Source of the DNA: an uncultured Candidatus Saccharibacteria bacterium
GTDB taxonomy: Bacteria; Patescibacteriota; Minisyncoccia; Phycocordibacterales; CAYSCM01
Reading direction: 5' to 3'
Assembly: GCA_964429815.1 (NCBI GenBank)
Contig: CAYSCM010000001.1
Span: 128,001-192,000 of the forward strand
Length of the DNA stretch: 64,000 nt
Numbering within the stretch: the first letter of the stretch is position 1; each line of letters opens with the position of its first letter. Shown piece by piece: positions 45,821 to 55,169 of this stretch. The position numbers and the translations under genes were made by a program. The notes under the pieces were generated by a model. The model saw only the letters and a list, made by a program, of their open reading frames with translations. It was not told the origin of the DNA and searched no databases.

Positions 45821-48228
45821 CAGAGTTTAATTTTTTGAAGCTCTCCCCACGAGCGACCACTGTGCGGCACTGCTTCAAAAAGAATGCCGCTTGTTTCTTT
45901 GCGAGGAAGAATGTTTTCCATTACTTCTTTAATTGCCTTTGCGATTGCCTTTACTTTTTTTTCTTCAACTTCGTAGACCAATTCATCGTGCACCTGAAGA
46001 AGAAGGTGCGCTGCACTGGCTTCCCCCATATCCTTAAGCTTCTCCTCCCCTTTGATCATGGCGAGCTTTACGATATCGGCCTCCGTTCCCTGGATGGGGG
46101 CATTTATGGCCATGCGTTCGGCTTGTGCGCGGATATAGGGAAGCGGTGATTTGAGCCCGGCAAAATAGCGTCGGCGACCGTAGTAGGTCTCAGTATAGCC
46201 CTTACGCTCTGCATCGGCCTTGGTGTGGTCGAGGTAGCGCGCAAGAGTCGCAAAGTTTTTGAAATATTCGTTGAGAAACTTCTGCGCTTCAGCGCGGTCG
46301 GTGCCGAGGTTAGCGCGAAGCGCATTGACGCCCATACCGTAGAGAATGCCGAAGTTGATGACCTTTGCACGACGGCGCATTTCATAGTCCACCTGCTCCT
46401 CGGGAACATTAAACACCTGCGCCGCGACTACTGCGTGGACATCCCTCCCCGAGCGGAAAATATCGGTGAGCTTTTCATCCCCCGAGAGCCATGCCGCAAT
46501 GCGAAGCTCGATTTGTGAATAGTCGAAGGTGAGCAGTTTATAGCCGGATGGAGCGATGAACGCATGGCGTATCGCGCGCCCTAAATCGCTACGTATCGGT
46601 ATGTTTTGAAGACCAGGATCCTTGGTGGCCATACGACCCGTGGCGGACCCGGCTTGAAGAAAGGTCGTATGAATGCGACTTTCCCTGTCGGCAAGCTCGG
46701 GCATGGCATCGATGTAGGTGCCGAGGAGTTTGGCGAGTTCACGGTACGAGAGAATTTCGCCAATGATCGCGTGCTCCTCGCGAAGCTTCTCGAGTTCCGA
46801 TTCCTTGGTCGTGCGCTGTCCTCCTGCGGTTTTCTTGTGATTCTTGAGCGCGAGGCCGAGCTTGTCGAAGAGAATGACGCCGAGCTGCCGCGGCGAGTTA
46901 ATGTTAAATTCCTCGCCCGCGAGTTTGTAGATCTTCTTGCCGAGCGTGTCGAGCTCGTGGTGGTACTCCTTTGAAAGTTTTTTGAGGTACGGGATATCAA
47001 TAAGAACACCGCGCGCCTCCATCTTCTCAAGAATCGGTATGAGCGGCTCTTCGATTTCTTTGTATACCTTCTCGAGCTTTTGTTTTTTGAGCTCCGTAAA
47101 GATTTTTTCCTTGGCCTCCGAAAATTTTTTCGTCTTACCGTAGAGAAGGATGTCATCAAGTGTAGGATTGGTGATGTCGGAGTTGAGGAGCCACAGCGCA
47201 ACCGCCGCGCGCTTTCGCTCGCCTGCCGCAACTTCTTCGGGAGCCTCTAGAGAGCCCTCCTCTGCCCCAGCCCCGTTGGTGAGGTCGAGCGTTTTGGTGC
47301 CGAAGAGCCCTTTTGCACGGGCAACGAGCGAGCGGAATTCGAAATCAGAGAGGGTGCGCGCAACCGTATCGAGGTCGAGATTTTCTCGGAAGGATTTTTC
47401 AGGAAGCTTCCAGGCGATCGGCGCATCGCGATGAATGGTCGCGAGCATTTTGCTAAACTGCGCCTCCTCCTCGTTCTCTTTCAAGATCTCTTGAATGCGC
47501 GGTGTTATGCCCACCTTGGAAAATTTGTCCGCAGATTTTTTGTCTTTGAGCGCCTTATAAACGCCGTCGACGGTGCCAAAATTTTTGATAAGTGCTGTTG
47601 CGGTCTTCTCCCCGATGCCGCGCACGCCCACAATGTTGTCAGAGGGATCACCACGGAGCCCTTTATAGTCGGGAAGTTGCTCCGGCGAGAAGCCGAAACG
47701 CTCCACGACCGCGTCCTCATCGTAAAAGACTGTATCCTGGAGCCCTTTGCGCAGCGTAAAGACGCGCACGCGAGAGGTATCGACAAGCTGAAGCGTATCC
47801 ATATCACCGGAGGCAATGACTACGTCGAGATTTTTCTCCTTCTTTAATTTTTCAGACAGTGTACCGAGAATGTCATCGGCCTCGAATCCTTCTTTTTCAT
47901 AGATCGGAATCCCGAACGCCTCGAAAATCTCCCGCGAGCGCTTAATCTGAGAAATGAGGGCGGGATCGAGCTTCGGGCGCTTCGCTTTGTATTCCTTGTA
48001 CGCCTCATGACGATAGGTGGGGCCCGGAAGATCGTAGGCGGCGACGATGTAGTCGGGTTTGAGCTCGGAGACGATACGCATCAAAAATGCCGCAAGCCCG
48101 TAGAGCGCACCCGTCGGCTCGCCTCTGCTCGTCGTGAACTCCGGAAGGGCGTGGAAGGCGCGGTGGATGATGGCGTGCGTATCGAGGAGAACAATGCGTT
48201 TTTTTTCTTTTTTAGCGGTTTTCGGCAT
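45820..48228 (-). CDS. polA: DNA polymerase I (5'-3' exonuclease + polymerase domains)
   Basis: 5' nuclease N-terminus (VLLDTHAIIHRAFHAL), DYSQIELR, RRRAKVINFGILYGM, LQVHDELVYE. Confidence 0.95.
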   Translation of the reverse strand: MPKTAKKEKKRIVLLDTHAIIHRAFHALPEFTTSRGEPTGALYGLAAFLMRIVSELKPDYIVAAYDLPGPTYRHEAYKEYKAKRPKLDPALISQIKRSREIFEAFGIPIYEKEGFEADDILGTLSEKLKKEKNLDVVIASGDMDTLQLVDTSRVRVFTLRKGLQDTVFYDEDAVVERFGFSPEQLPDYKGLRGDPSDNIVGVRGIGEKTATALIKNFGTVDGVYKALKDKKSADKFSKVGITPRIQEILKENEEEAQFSKMLATIHRDAPIAWKLPEKSFRENLDLDTVARTLSDFEFRSLVARAKGLFGTKTLDLTNGAGAEEGSLEAPEEVAAGERKRAAVALWLLNSDITNPTLDDILLYGKTKKFSEAKEKIFTELKKQKLEKVYKEIEEPLIPILEKMEARGVLIDIPYLKKLSKEYHHELDTLGKKIYKLAGEEFNINSPRQLGVILFDKLGLALKNHKKTAGGQRTTKESELEKLREEHAIIGEILSYRELAKLLGTYIDAMPELADRESRIHTTFLQAGSATGRMATKDPGLQNIPIRSDLGRAIRHAFIAPSGYKLLTFDYSQIELRIAAWLSGDEKLTDIFRSGRDVHAVVAAQVFNVPEEQVDYEMRRRAKVINFGILYGMGVNALRANLGTDRAEAQKFLNEYFKNFATLARYLDHTKADAERKGYTETYYGRRRYFAGLKSPLPYIRAQAERMAINAPIQGTEADIVKLAMIKGEEKLKDMGEASAAHLLLQVHDELVYEVEEKKVKAIAKAIKEVMENILPRKETSGILFEAVPHSGRSWGELQKIKL

Positions 48229-48658
48229 AGGAAATAGCGATGTCGCGCGTGTGCTCATCGACAAAGGTAAAGGTGATGCGGTGCATTTCCTTCGGGAGCA
48301 CTTCCGCAACCCGCTCAGGCCACTCTATCAAAATGAGATTCTTCGGATCCGACAGAATTTCCTTCCACCCAAGTACCGCAAGCTCCTCTCCCCTCTCAAG
48401 ACGATAGGCATCGATGTGGATGAGTCGATCGAAGGGGCGCTTTTCAAGCTTGTATATTTTTTCAATGACGAAGGTGGGGCTCGTGACGGACTCCTCTACG
48501 CCGTAGGCTTTCGCGATGAGTTGCACAAACGCCGTCTTTCCCGAGCCGAGCTGTCCCGAGAGACCGACGACCGTGGCACCGCCCTCTCGCGGCATAAGGA
48601 GCTGTAAAAAATTGCGCGCTATGTGGTCGGTTTCCTGGAGGCTGTCCGAGCGCTTCAT
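48212..48658 (-). CDS. tsaE: tRNA threonylcarbamoyladenosine biosynthesis protein TsaE
   Basis: GLSGQLGSGKTAFVQ...SPTFVI. Confidence 0.88.
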   Translation of the reverse strand: MKRSDSLQETDHIARNFLQLLMPREGGATVVGLSGQLGSGKTAFVQLIAKAYGVEESVTSPTFVIEKIYKLEKRPFDRLIHIDAYRLERGEELAVLGWKEILSDPKNLILIEWPERVAEVLPKEMHRITFTFVDEHTRDIAISYAENR

Positions 48659-48748
48659 AGGGGTAATCTTCCACCAAAAGGCAAAAGAAGACAAAAGCGA
48701 AAACAAAAGGGCGCGCCGGAGGCGCGCCCTTGATAAAAGAAGAGGGAG

Positions 48749-49240
48749 TTAAAGTTGGATATCCTTCTCCCTCTGGGGAGCCGGATCCGCAACGGGCGGC
48801 GTCGGTGCGTCTTCGGAGGTGGGAGGGGGCGGTTCGAACTTGGGGACCACCCTCTTATCCGCTGGTGGCGCCTCGAAACGCGGTCGCGCTTCGGGCTCCC
48901 CCACGAACGGGATCCGCGGCTCTTCGAGCCGCGGATAGAACCGCTGTGTGAAGCAGCTCTGGTTCCACCCACGGTTCGTGGCGGTGTCGTAACGCCGATT
49001 CCCTCGTTCGTCGAACCAACGGTTCGACGAACGGTTGTAGTTTTGGTAATCAGTACATTCCCCGCGGCGGTAGCTATCGCCGCGCCACGCTTCGTAGTCC
49101 CTCGTGATGGAGTTGGAGAAGCTCGTATTGGAAGAAACGAGCCATCCCTGATCCATCAGAAAGCCGTCGACCTGCTGGTCGAAGCCGCTGCACGCGCCGA
49201 GCAAAAGCGCGACGAGTGCGAGACAGAGAGTGCGAATCAT
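48749..49240 (-). CDS. Lipoprotein (lipobox LLGAC), Arg/Asn-rich
   Basis: MIRTLCLALVALLLGACSG signal; start chosen at the lipoprotein signal Met. Confidence 0.65.
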   Translation of the reverse strand: MIRTLCLALVALLLGACSGFDQQVDGFLMDQGWLVSSNTSFSNSITRDYEAWRGDSYRRGECTDYQNYNRSSNRWFDERGNRRYDTATNRGWNQSCFTQRFYPRLEEPRIPFVGEPEARPRFEAPPADKRVVPKFEPPPPTSEDAPTPPVADPAPQREKDIQL

Positions 49241-49479
49241 CGATCGTCTCCTTCGAGGTCGAGGCCTGGCGCGAACTCCGCTTGGAACTGCTGCTCGGCG
49301 CGGTTGTAGAAGCCGTTGTCCTTCGGCAGCGGCGGGCGACGTTCCATTGTAAGTTTCCTGCGTAAGCGCTTGAGGCGCCGTGCGGAGAACTTCTCGAACT
49401 CCTTCCGCCGCCTCGCCCGAATAAGGGGTGAGTAGGAGATGGAGTCGAGAACGCGTTCCATATTTTCCTGCTTGCTCAT
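49237..49479 (-). CDS. Small basic hypothetical protein
   Basis: Stop overlaps the lipoprotein ATG (ATGA), suggesting an operon. Confidence 0.45.
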   Translation of the reverse strand: MSKQENMERVLDSISYSPLIRARRRKEFEKFSARRLKRLRRKLTMERRPPLPKDNGFYNRAEQQFQAEFAPGLDLEGDDR

Positions 49480-49588
49480 GTGAGCCTCCACTCTGCAAAG
49501 AAAAATCTGAGTCAACTAATAGCACATCTTGGCAATTTTGTCAATAATCCCCTTGGTGCGACCCTCGAAGCGCGCTACGATTAGGAGA

Positions 49589-51259
49589 ATGGCTGTTTTC
49601 AATGAGGATAAGGAGCTCCGGAAGCTCTCCGAGCTCCGGAGCAAAGAGGAAGAGGACCTCGCGCAGCTTCTCTCCCAGAAGTACGGCACGCTCTACGCGG
49701 ACCTCACGCGCATGTCCATCAATACCGATGCCCTGCGTCTCATCAAGGAGACGGATGCGCGGGGCGGAAACATCGCCGCTTTTGCGATGGTGGGCAAGAA
49801 GCTCTCGGTCGCGGTAAAAAGCCCCCAGACGCTAAAGGTCGCGGAAATCCTCGAGGAGCTTAAAAAGCGGGGTTTCCTGGTAGACCTCTACATGGTCTCG
49901 ATGCGAAGCCTCGAGCGCGCGTTTGAGCATTACAAAGACCTCTCCTTCGCCACCGAGACCAAGGCGGGGGTGCTCGACATCTCTGGGGAGGAAATCCATC
50001 GGCTCCTCGCGGCCATCAAGAGCCTTGCCGACGCCAAGGGCCAGATCGAAGAACTCCTAAAACAGAAGAAGCTCTACCGCATCAGCCGCATCCTCGAAAC
50101 GGTGCTTGCCGGCGGCCTCTCGACCGACGCCTCCGACGTCCACATCGAGCCGCAGGAGGCTGACGTACGTCTGCGGTTCCGCCTCGATGGCGTCCTCACC
50201 GACGTTCTCACCTTCGATCGCGAGACATATCAGCTCCTCCTCTCGCGCATAAAGCTCCTCTCCGGACTCAAATTGAACATCAAAGACGCCGCTCAGGACG
50301 GGCGCTTTTCAGTAAAGATAGAAGGGAGCGATATCGAAGTGCGCACTTCGATACTTCCGGGCGCGTACGGCGAGTCGATAGTGCTGCGCATCTTAAACCC
50401 CAACACGATAGGCGTCCCCATGGAGGAGCTCGGCATTCCAAAAAATCTCCACGTAATTTTGGAGCGAGAAATACGAAAGCCGAACGGCATGATACTCAAC
50501 ACCGGCCCCACGGGCTCGGGCAAAACGACGACGCTCTACGCGTTCATGAAAAAGATCCACACGCCCGACATCAAGATAGTCACCATCGAGGACCCCATCG
50601 AATACCACCTTAAAGGTGTCGTGCAGACGCAGGTCGAGCCCAAGTCTTACACGTTCGCGCAGGGGTTGCGCAGCGCGCTGCGCCAAGACCCGGACGTCAT
50701 TATGATCGGCGAAATTCGCGACGAGGAGGTCGCGGGGGTCGCCATCAACTCCTCCCTCACCGGACATCTGGTGTTCTCAACGCTCCACACCAACGACGCC
50801 GCCGGCGCATTCCCCCGCCTCATCGACCTCGACGTAAACCCGAAAATTATCGGCTCGGCGGTCAACATCGTGATGGCGCAGCGCCTCGTGCGGCGGCTCT
50901 GTGAGCAGTGTCGAAGAGAAGTGAAGCTCACGGGAGAAGACAAAAAACTCATCGAGGAAACCCTCAAAGGCATTGTCGACTCTTCGCTCGTGCCGAAAGA
51001 AAAACCGACCGCCTGGGAGGCGGTTGGCTGCGAGGCCTGTAACGGGAGCGGCTACCGAGGGCGCATCGGCATTTTCGAGGCGATCATCATGGATAAAGGC
51101 ATCGAAGATAGAGTGGCTGCCTCGGCAAGCGAGCGTGAACTAGCCGCGGAAGCGCGTCGACAGAAGATTCTTTCGATGAAAGAGGACGGCGTGCTTAAAG
51201 TTCTCTCGGGCGTAACGACGCTTCCCGAGCTTGAGCGAGTCATCGAAATCCGCGATTAG
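49589..51259 (+). CDS. pilB: Type II secretion / type IV pilus assembly ATPase (PilB/GspE family)
   Basis: N-terminal GSPII domain; Walker A GPTGSGKTTTLYA; Asp and His boxes; CxxC...CxxC zinc motif. Confidence 0.93.
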   Translation: MAVFNEDKELRKLSELRSKEEEDLAQLLSQKYGTLYADLTRMSINTDALRLIKETDARGGNIAAFAMVGKKLSVAVKSPQTLKVAEILEELKKRGFLVDLYMVSMRSLERAFEHYKDLSFATETKAGVLDISGEEIHRLLAAIKSLADAKGQIEELLKQKKLYRISRILETVLAGGLSTDASDVHIEPQEADVRLRFRLDGVLTDVLTFDRETYQLLLSRIKLLSGLKLNIKDAAQDGRFSVKIEGSDIEVRTSILPGAYGESIVLRILNPNTIGVPMEELGIPKNLHVILEREIRKPNGMILNTGPTGSGKTTTLYAFMKKIHTPDIKIVTIEDPIEYHLKGVVQTQVEPKSYTFAQGLRSALRQDPDVIMIGEIRDEEVAGVAINSSLTGHLVFSTLHTNDAAGAFPRLIDLDVNPKIIGSAVNIVMAQRLVRRLCEQCRREVKLTGEDKKLIEETLKGIVDSSLVPKEKPTAWEAVGCEACNGSGYRGRIGIFEAIIMDKGIEDRVAASASERELAAEARRQKILSMKEDGVLKVLSGVTTLPELERVIEIRD

Positions 51260-51540
51260 TCAATTGAAATAGCCGCGTGGAAAGAGTAGCGTAAGGGAAG
51301 AGTTGAGAGCGCAACCCCCTAAGCAATACTTCTTCAACATAAGCGAAGAAGTTGGAAACCTATCTAAGGATAGTCTCCGTACGCGCCATAAAGGGCGACC
51401 GAGGCGTCCTCGATTGGCACCAGAAAGCCTAAGAGACCTATTGTTTAGGGGGCTGTGAGCTCAACTCGCGCACGTTTTAAAAATACTTTCGCAAACGTAT
51501 CGAAATCTGCGTGAAAAGACTCTAGCACGATATTAATATT

Positions 51541-52581
51541 ATGTCAAGTAAGCGGGGCGCAGCAGAAAGCGGAAACCCCTCCCCCAAGGAGGAACGCCAT
51601 CTCGACCAAACGCTACGGCCGACGAAGTTTTCCGAGTACATCGGCCAGAAGGCCGTTATGGAAAACCTCCGCATTCTCCTCACCGCGGCCAAGGAGCGCG
51701 AGCACCCACCGGAGCACCTTCTCTTTTATGGCCCACCGGGTCTTGGGAAGACGACGCTCGCACACCTCGTTGCCAAGGAGCTTGGCGTCGGATTTAAGAC
51801 GACCTCAGGACCGGCGATTGAAAAGGTGGGCGATCTGGCCGCTATTCTCTCCAACCTCACGCCAAACGATATTCTCTTTATTGATGAGGTTCACCGCCTC
51901 AACAAAGCCATCGAAGAGGTCCTCTACCCCGCAATGGAAAGCGGCGTGCTTGACATCATTATAGGTAAAGGCCCCTCCGCGCGCACCATTCAACTGGAAC
52001 TTCCTCCGTTCACACTCGTCGCGGCAACAACCCGCATCGCCGATCTCTCTGCCCCGCTGCGCTCTCGCTTTTCAGGCGGCATGTTCCGACTTGAGTTTTA
52101 TACAGAAAAAGAAATCGAGGAGATTCTCGCGCGCTCGGCAGGCATTTTAGGGATCGCGCCTTCGCGGGAGTCACTCGCTGCGATCGCTTCACGCGCTCGC
52201 GCGACACCACGTACGGGCAACTACCTACTCAAGCGCGCCCGCGACTTCGCGCAGGTGCATAAGCGCGACCTCACGCCGCAGCTTGTCGCCGAAGCGCTCA
52301 ACCTCCTCGGTATCGACGAGCTTGGTCTCACTCCGGCCGATCGGCACGTGCTCACTACCCTCATCGATAAGTTTGGTGGGGGTCCTGTGGGACTTTCGAC
52401 GATCGCTGCAGCAACCAGCGAAGAGGAGGCGACTATCGAGGAAGTCTACGAACCCTACCTTATTCAATTGGGACTTCTTGAGCGCACGCCGCGAGGGCGC
52501 AGGACCACAGCTCAGGGAGCCGCTCACATCGAAAAAGCGGCTCCGCGAGGGCGGCGCATGGGTCAGGGGAAGTTGGTGTAA
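51541..52581 (+). CDS. ruvB: Holliday junction DNA helicase RuvB
   Basis: LLFYGPPGLGKTTLAHLVAKELG, DEVHRL, winged-helix C-terminus. Confidence 0.95.
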   Translation: MSSKRGAAESGNPSPKEERHLDQTLRPTKFSEYIGQKAVMENLRILLTAAKEREHPPEHLLFYGPPGLGKTTLAHLVAKELGVGFKTTSGPAIEKVGDLAAILSNLTPNDILFIDEVHRLNKAIEEVLYPAMESGVLDIIIGKGPSARTIQLELPPFTLVAATTRIADLSAPLRSRFSGGMFRLEFYTEKEIEEILARSAGILGIAPSRESLAAIASRARATPRTGNYLLKRARDFAQVHKRDLTPQLVAEALNLLGIDELGLTPADRHVLTTLIDKFGGGPVGLSTIAAATSEEEATIEEVYEPYLIQLGLLERTPRGRRTTAQGAAHIEKAAPRGRRMGQGKLV

Positions 52582-52623
52582 GCCTAGTTGAACGAGAGAG
52601 GAATTTCCGTATACTCTATTGCC

Positions 52624-53154
52624 ATGAGCGGACACAGTAAGTGGGCCAAAATTAAGCACAAAAAAGCCATAACTGACGCTAAGAAAAGTAAGGCGTTTGG
52701 GAAGATTGTGCGTTTTCTTACCGTTGAATCAAAAAAGGCGAAGGGCGATGTAAACGCCCCAGGCCTTCGCGTTGCCATTGAAAAAGCAAAGGCCAACAAT
52801 GTGCCCGGCGATACCATTGAGCGAGCTATTTCTAAGGGTAAAACCGATACCGGAGCGATTATGAATGAGGTCACCTTCGAAGCATACGGCCCGGGAGGGG
52901 TAGCTCTCATCATCGAAGGACTTACCGACAACAATAACCGCACCAGCCAGGAGGTAAAGCAGGTGCTTAGCAAGAACGGCTCCTCACTTGCTGCACAAGG
53001 AAGCGCCAGTTGGGCATTTTCCCGTGAAGGGCGCGAGTGGAAACCTTCGACCATGGTTTCCATTTCGGAAGAAGACGGCGGAAAACTGGAAAACCTCGTC
53101 GACGCACTCGAAGATCTCGACGACATCCAGGAGGTATACACGAACGCGGAGTAA
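52624..53154 (+). CDS. YebC/PmpR-family transcriptional regulator (short form)
   Basis: MSGHSKWAKIKHKKAITDAKKSKAFGKI. Confidence 0.88.
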   Translation: MSGHSKWAKIKHKKAITDAKKSKAFGKIVRFLTVESKKAKGDVNAPGLRVAIEKAKANNVPGDTIERAISKGKTDTGAIMNEVTFEAYGPGGVALIIEGLTDNNNRTSQEVKQVLSKNGSSLAAQGSASWAFSREGREWKPSTMVSISEEDGGKLENLVDALEDLDDIQEVYTNAE

Positions 53155-53156
53155 TC

Positions 53157-53630
53157 ATGCGCGTCATTGCCATAGACCCCGGATATGATCGCTGTGGAGT
53201 CGCGATACTCGAAAGGGCAGCGAAGGGAGAGGCGCTTCTCTTTTCGACGTGCGTAACGACCTCAAAAGAAAAACCCTTCATCGAACGCCTCGGTGAGGCC
53301 GTCGGCGCCGTGAAGCGGCTCATCAGTGCGCACCGCCCTTCCGAGATGGCTCTGGAGAAGCTTTTTTTCAATAAAAATCAAAAGACCGCGATGATGGTCG
53401 CCGAGGTGCGCGGCGCGCTCATTGAGCTCGCTCGCGGAAACGACCTCCCCGTTTCCGAGTACACGCCTGGCGAGATCAAGGTAGCGGTGACCGGAGACGG
53501 GCGCGCGGACAAGCGGCGCGTCGCACGTATGACGCAGGTGCTTTTGAAACTCGACGGACACAAACGGCTCGACGATGAGTATGACGCTATGGCAGTCGGC
53601 ATCACGCACCTCTCGCGACGCCGTCGCTAG
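53157..53630 (+). CDS. ruvC: Crossover junction endodeoxyribonuclease RuvC
   Basis: MRVIAIDPGYDRCGVAILE...; RNase H-like fold. Confidence 0.9.
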   Translation: MRVIAIDPGYDRCGVAILERAAKGEALLFSTCVTTSKEKPFIERLGEAVGAVKRLISAHRPSEMALEKLFFNKNQKTAMMVAEVRGALIELARGNDLPVSEYTPGEIKVAVTGDGRADKRRVARMTQVLLKLDGHKRLDDEYDAMAVGITHLSRRRR

Positions 53631-53852
53631 CGTTATCCACACCAAAATGCCCCTCGTCTTGCCTGTAGGAATCGGGCTGTGCTAACAATGAGGTGCATAG
53701 GCTTAGCAGTTAATTTCACGGGCGCATCGTATGCGTGACGATAGGGAAAAAGAAGAGGGCGAAGAGACGGAGGAAGGGCTGGGCGAGGAAGGTGCCGACG
53801 ACGGCGAGGATGAAGATGAGGAAACTCTCCTCGATGAAGGCGATGAGATATA

Positions 53853-53889
53853 AAAACGAAATCACCCGCGTACGCGGGTGATTTTATTT
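53853..53889. terminator. Bidirectional intrinsic terminator between the ruvC side and convergent tyrS
   Basis: aatcacccgcg-ta-cgcgggtgatt with A run upstream and T run downstream. Confidence 0.8.
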
Positions 53890-55104
53890 CGCCTTAAGCT
53901 CTATCGCGAGAAAGCGACGTTTGCCTATTTTAAGAATGAGTTCTTTCTCAAGGAGGGCTTCAGGAACGGTAATCGCTCCCCCGCCAACAACCTCAACGCC
54001 CCCTTGAGCGACGAGACGCTTCCATTCCGAGTTCGACGAGACAAGTCCGGAGCGTATGACCGCTTCGGAAAGCTTTGTGCCGAGCAAGGAGGAAACGCGA
54101 GGGAGATCGGCAGGAACGCCGCCTCCCTGAAAAGTCGTCGTGAAATCGTTCTCCGCGGCACGGGCCGCATCAGCGCCGTGGTAGAGCGTGACTATATCGC
54201 GGGCGAGGCGCATTTTGGCGTCCTTGGGGTGTAGGTTCCCCTCCTTCGTTTCCCGCGCGAGGCGCTTGGCTTCCTCGTAAGGAATCCGAGTCGCGTGTAT
54301 GAAGTAGTCCGGAACCATGTCGTCGTGCATGCTCATAATCTTCCCGTACATCTGCGAGGGAGCATCGGTGAGATTTATCGTATTGCCCCATGATGAGCTC
54401 ATTTTGCGCCCATCGAACCCCTCGATAAGGGGGTTCATGACGATGTTCTGCGGCTTTTGCTTAAAGTGTCCCTGAAGCGTCCTGCCGGCGAGAAGATTGA
54501 ACTTCTGGTCGGTGCCGCCGAGCTCGACATCGGCCGCGACGGCGACCGAGTCATAGCCTTGCATAAGCGGGTAGAGCACTTCGCGCAACGATACGCGCTT
54601 CCCCTCCGAGAGACGTTTGCCTATGTTTTCCCGTGCAACGAAGTCGGAGAGGGAAAAAAGGTCGGCGTGCTCGCCGATTTCCCTATACGAAAGCTTTTCG
54701 AGCCATTCGGAATTTCGCCGAAGCTCGGCCTCGCGCACGTCGATGAGCTTCCCGACCTGGGCAAAGTACGTTTTTTTGTTCGTCTCTATCGCTTCGCGCG
54801 AGAGCATGGGGCGCTCCGCCTCCTTGTCGGAGGTGTCGCCGATGACCGCGGTAAAATCACCAAGGATAAAGACGACCTGGTGCCCGAGCTCCTCAAAATC
54901 GCGAAGCTTGAGGAGTGAGACGGCCCGGCCGAGGTGGAGATGCGGGCTCGTGGGATCGATGCCGAGTTTTACCCGAAGTCGCCGGCCCGAGAGGAGCGCG
55001 CGACGGAGATCTTCCTTGACGATGACTTCGGAAACCCCGCGCTCCAGAAGCTCATCGATTTTGCGCACGTCGGTCGACACCGATCGGCTCTTCCTCCATA
55101 ACAT
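53884..55104 (-). CDS. tyrS: Tyrosyl-tRNA synthetase
   Basis: Class I motifs PHLHLGRAV (HIGH-like) and KMSSS; C-terminal S4-like domain. Confidence 0.9.
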   Translation of the reverse strand: MLWRKSRSVSTDVRKIDELLERGVSEVIVKEDLRRALLSGRRLRVKLGIDPTSPHLHLGRAVSLLKLRDFEELGHQVVFILGDFTAVIGDTSDKEAERPMLSREAIETNKKTYFAQVGKLIDVREAELRRNSEWLEKLSYREIGEHADLFSLSDFVARENIGKRLSEGKRVSLREVLYPLMQGYDSVAVAADVELGGTDQKFNLLAGRTLQGHFKQKPQNIVMNPLIEGFDGRKMSSSWGNTINLTDAPSQMYGKIMSMHDDMVPDYFIHATRIPYEEAKRLARETKEGNLHPKDAKMRLARDIVTLYHGADAARAAENDFTTTFQGGGVPADLPRVSSLLGTKLSEAVIRSGLVSSNSEWKRLVAQGGVEVVGGGAITVPEALLEKELILKIGKRRFLAIELKAK

Positions 55105-55169
55105 GGCCCCACTCTACCACGGACCCGCATATTTTTAAGCCCGCTCCTGCGTGTTAAAATAGCCAAACT

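Noticed and set aside
46581-47231. 216-aa S/R-rich minus ORF inside polA
   Set aside because: Alternative frame of polA with low-complexity Ser/Arg composition.
53633-53641. Perfect DnaA box TTATCCACA downstream of ruvC
   Set aside because: A single isolated box in GC-rich context; not an origin. It may be a fortuitous or regulatory site.
53731-53853. 40-aa poly-acidic ORF (MRDDREKEEGEETEEG...) between ruvC and tyrS
   Set aside because: Low-complexity acidic sequence with no RBS evidence; probably non-coding spacer.
54617-55138. 173-aa S/R-rich plus ORF
   Set aside because: Antisense shadow within tyrS.
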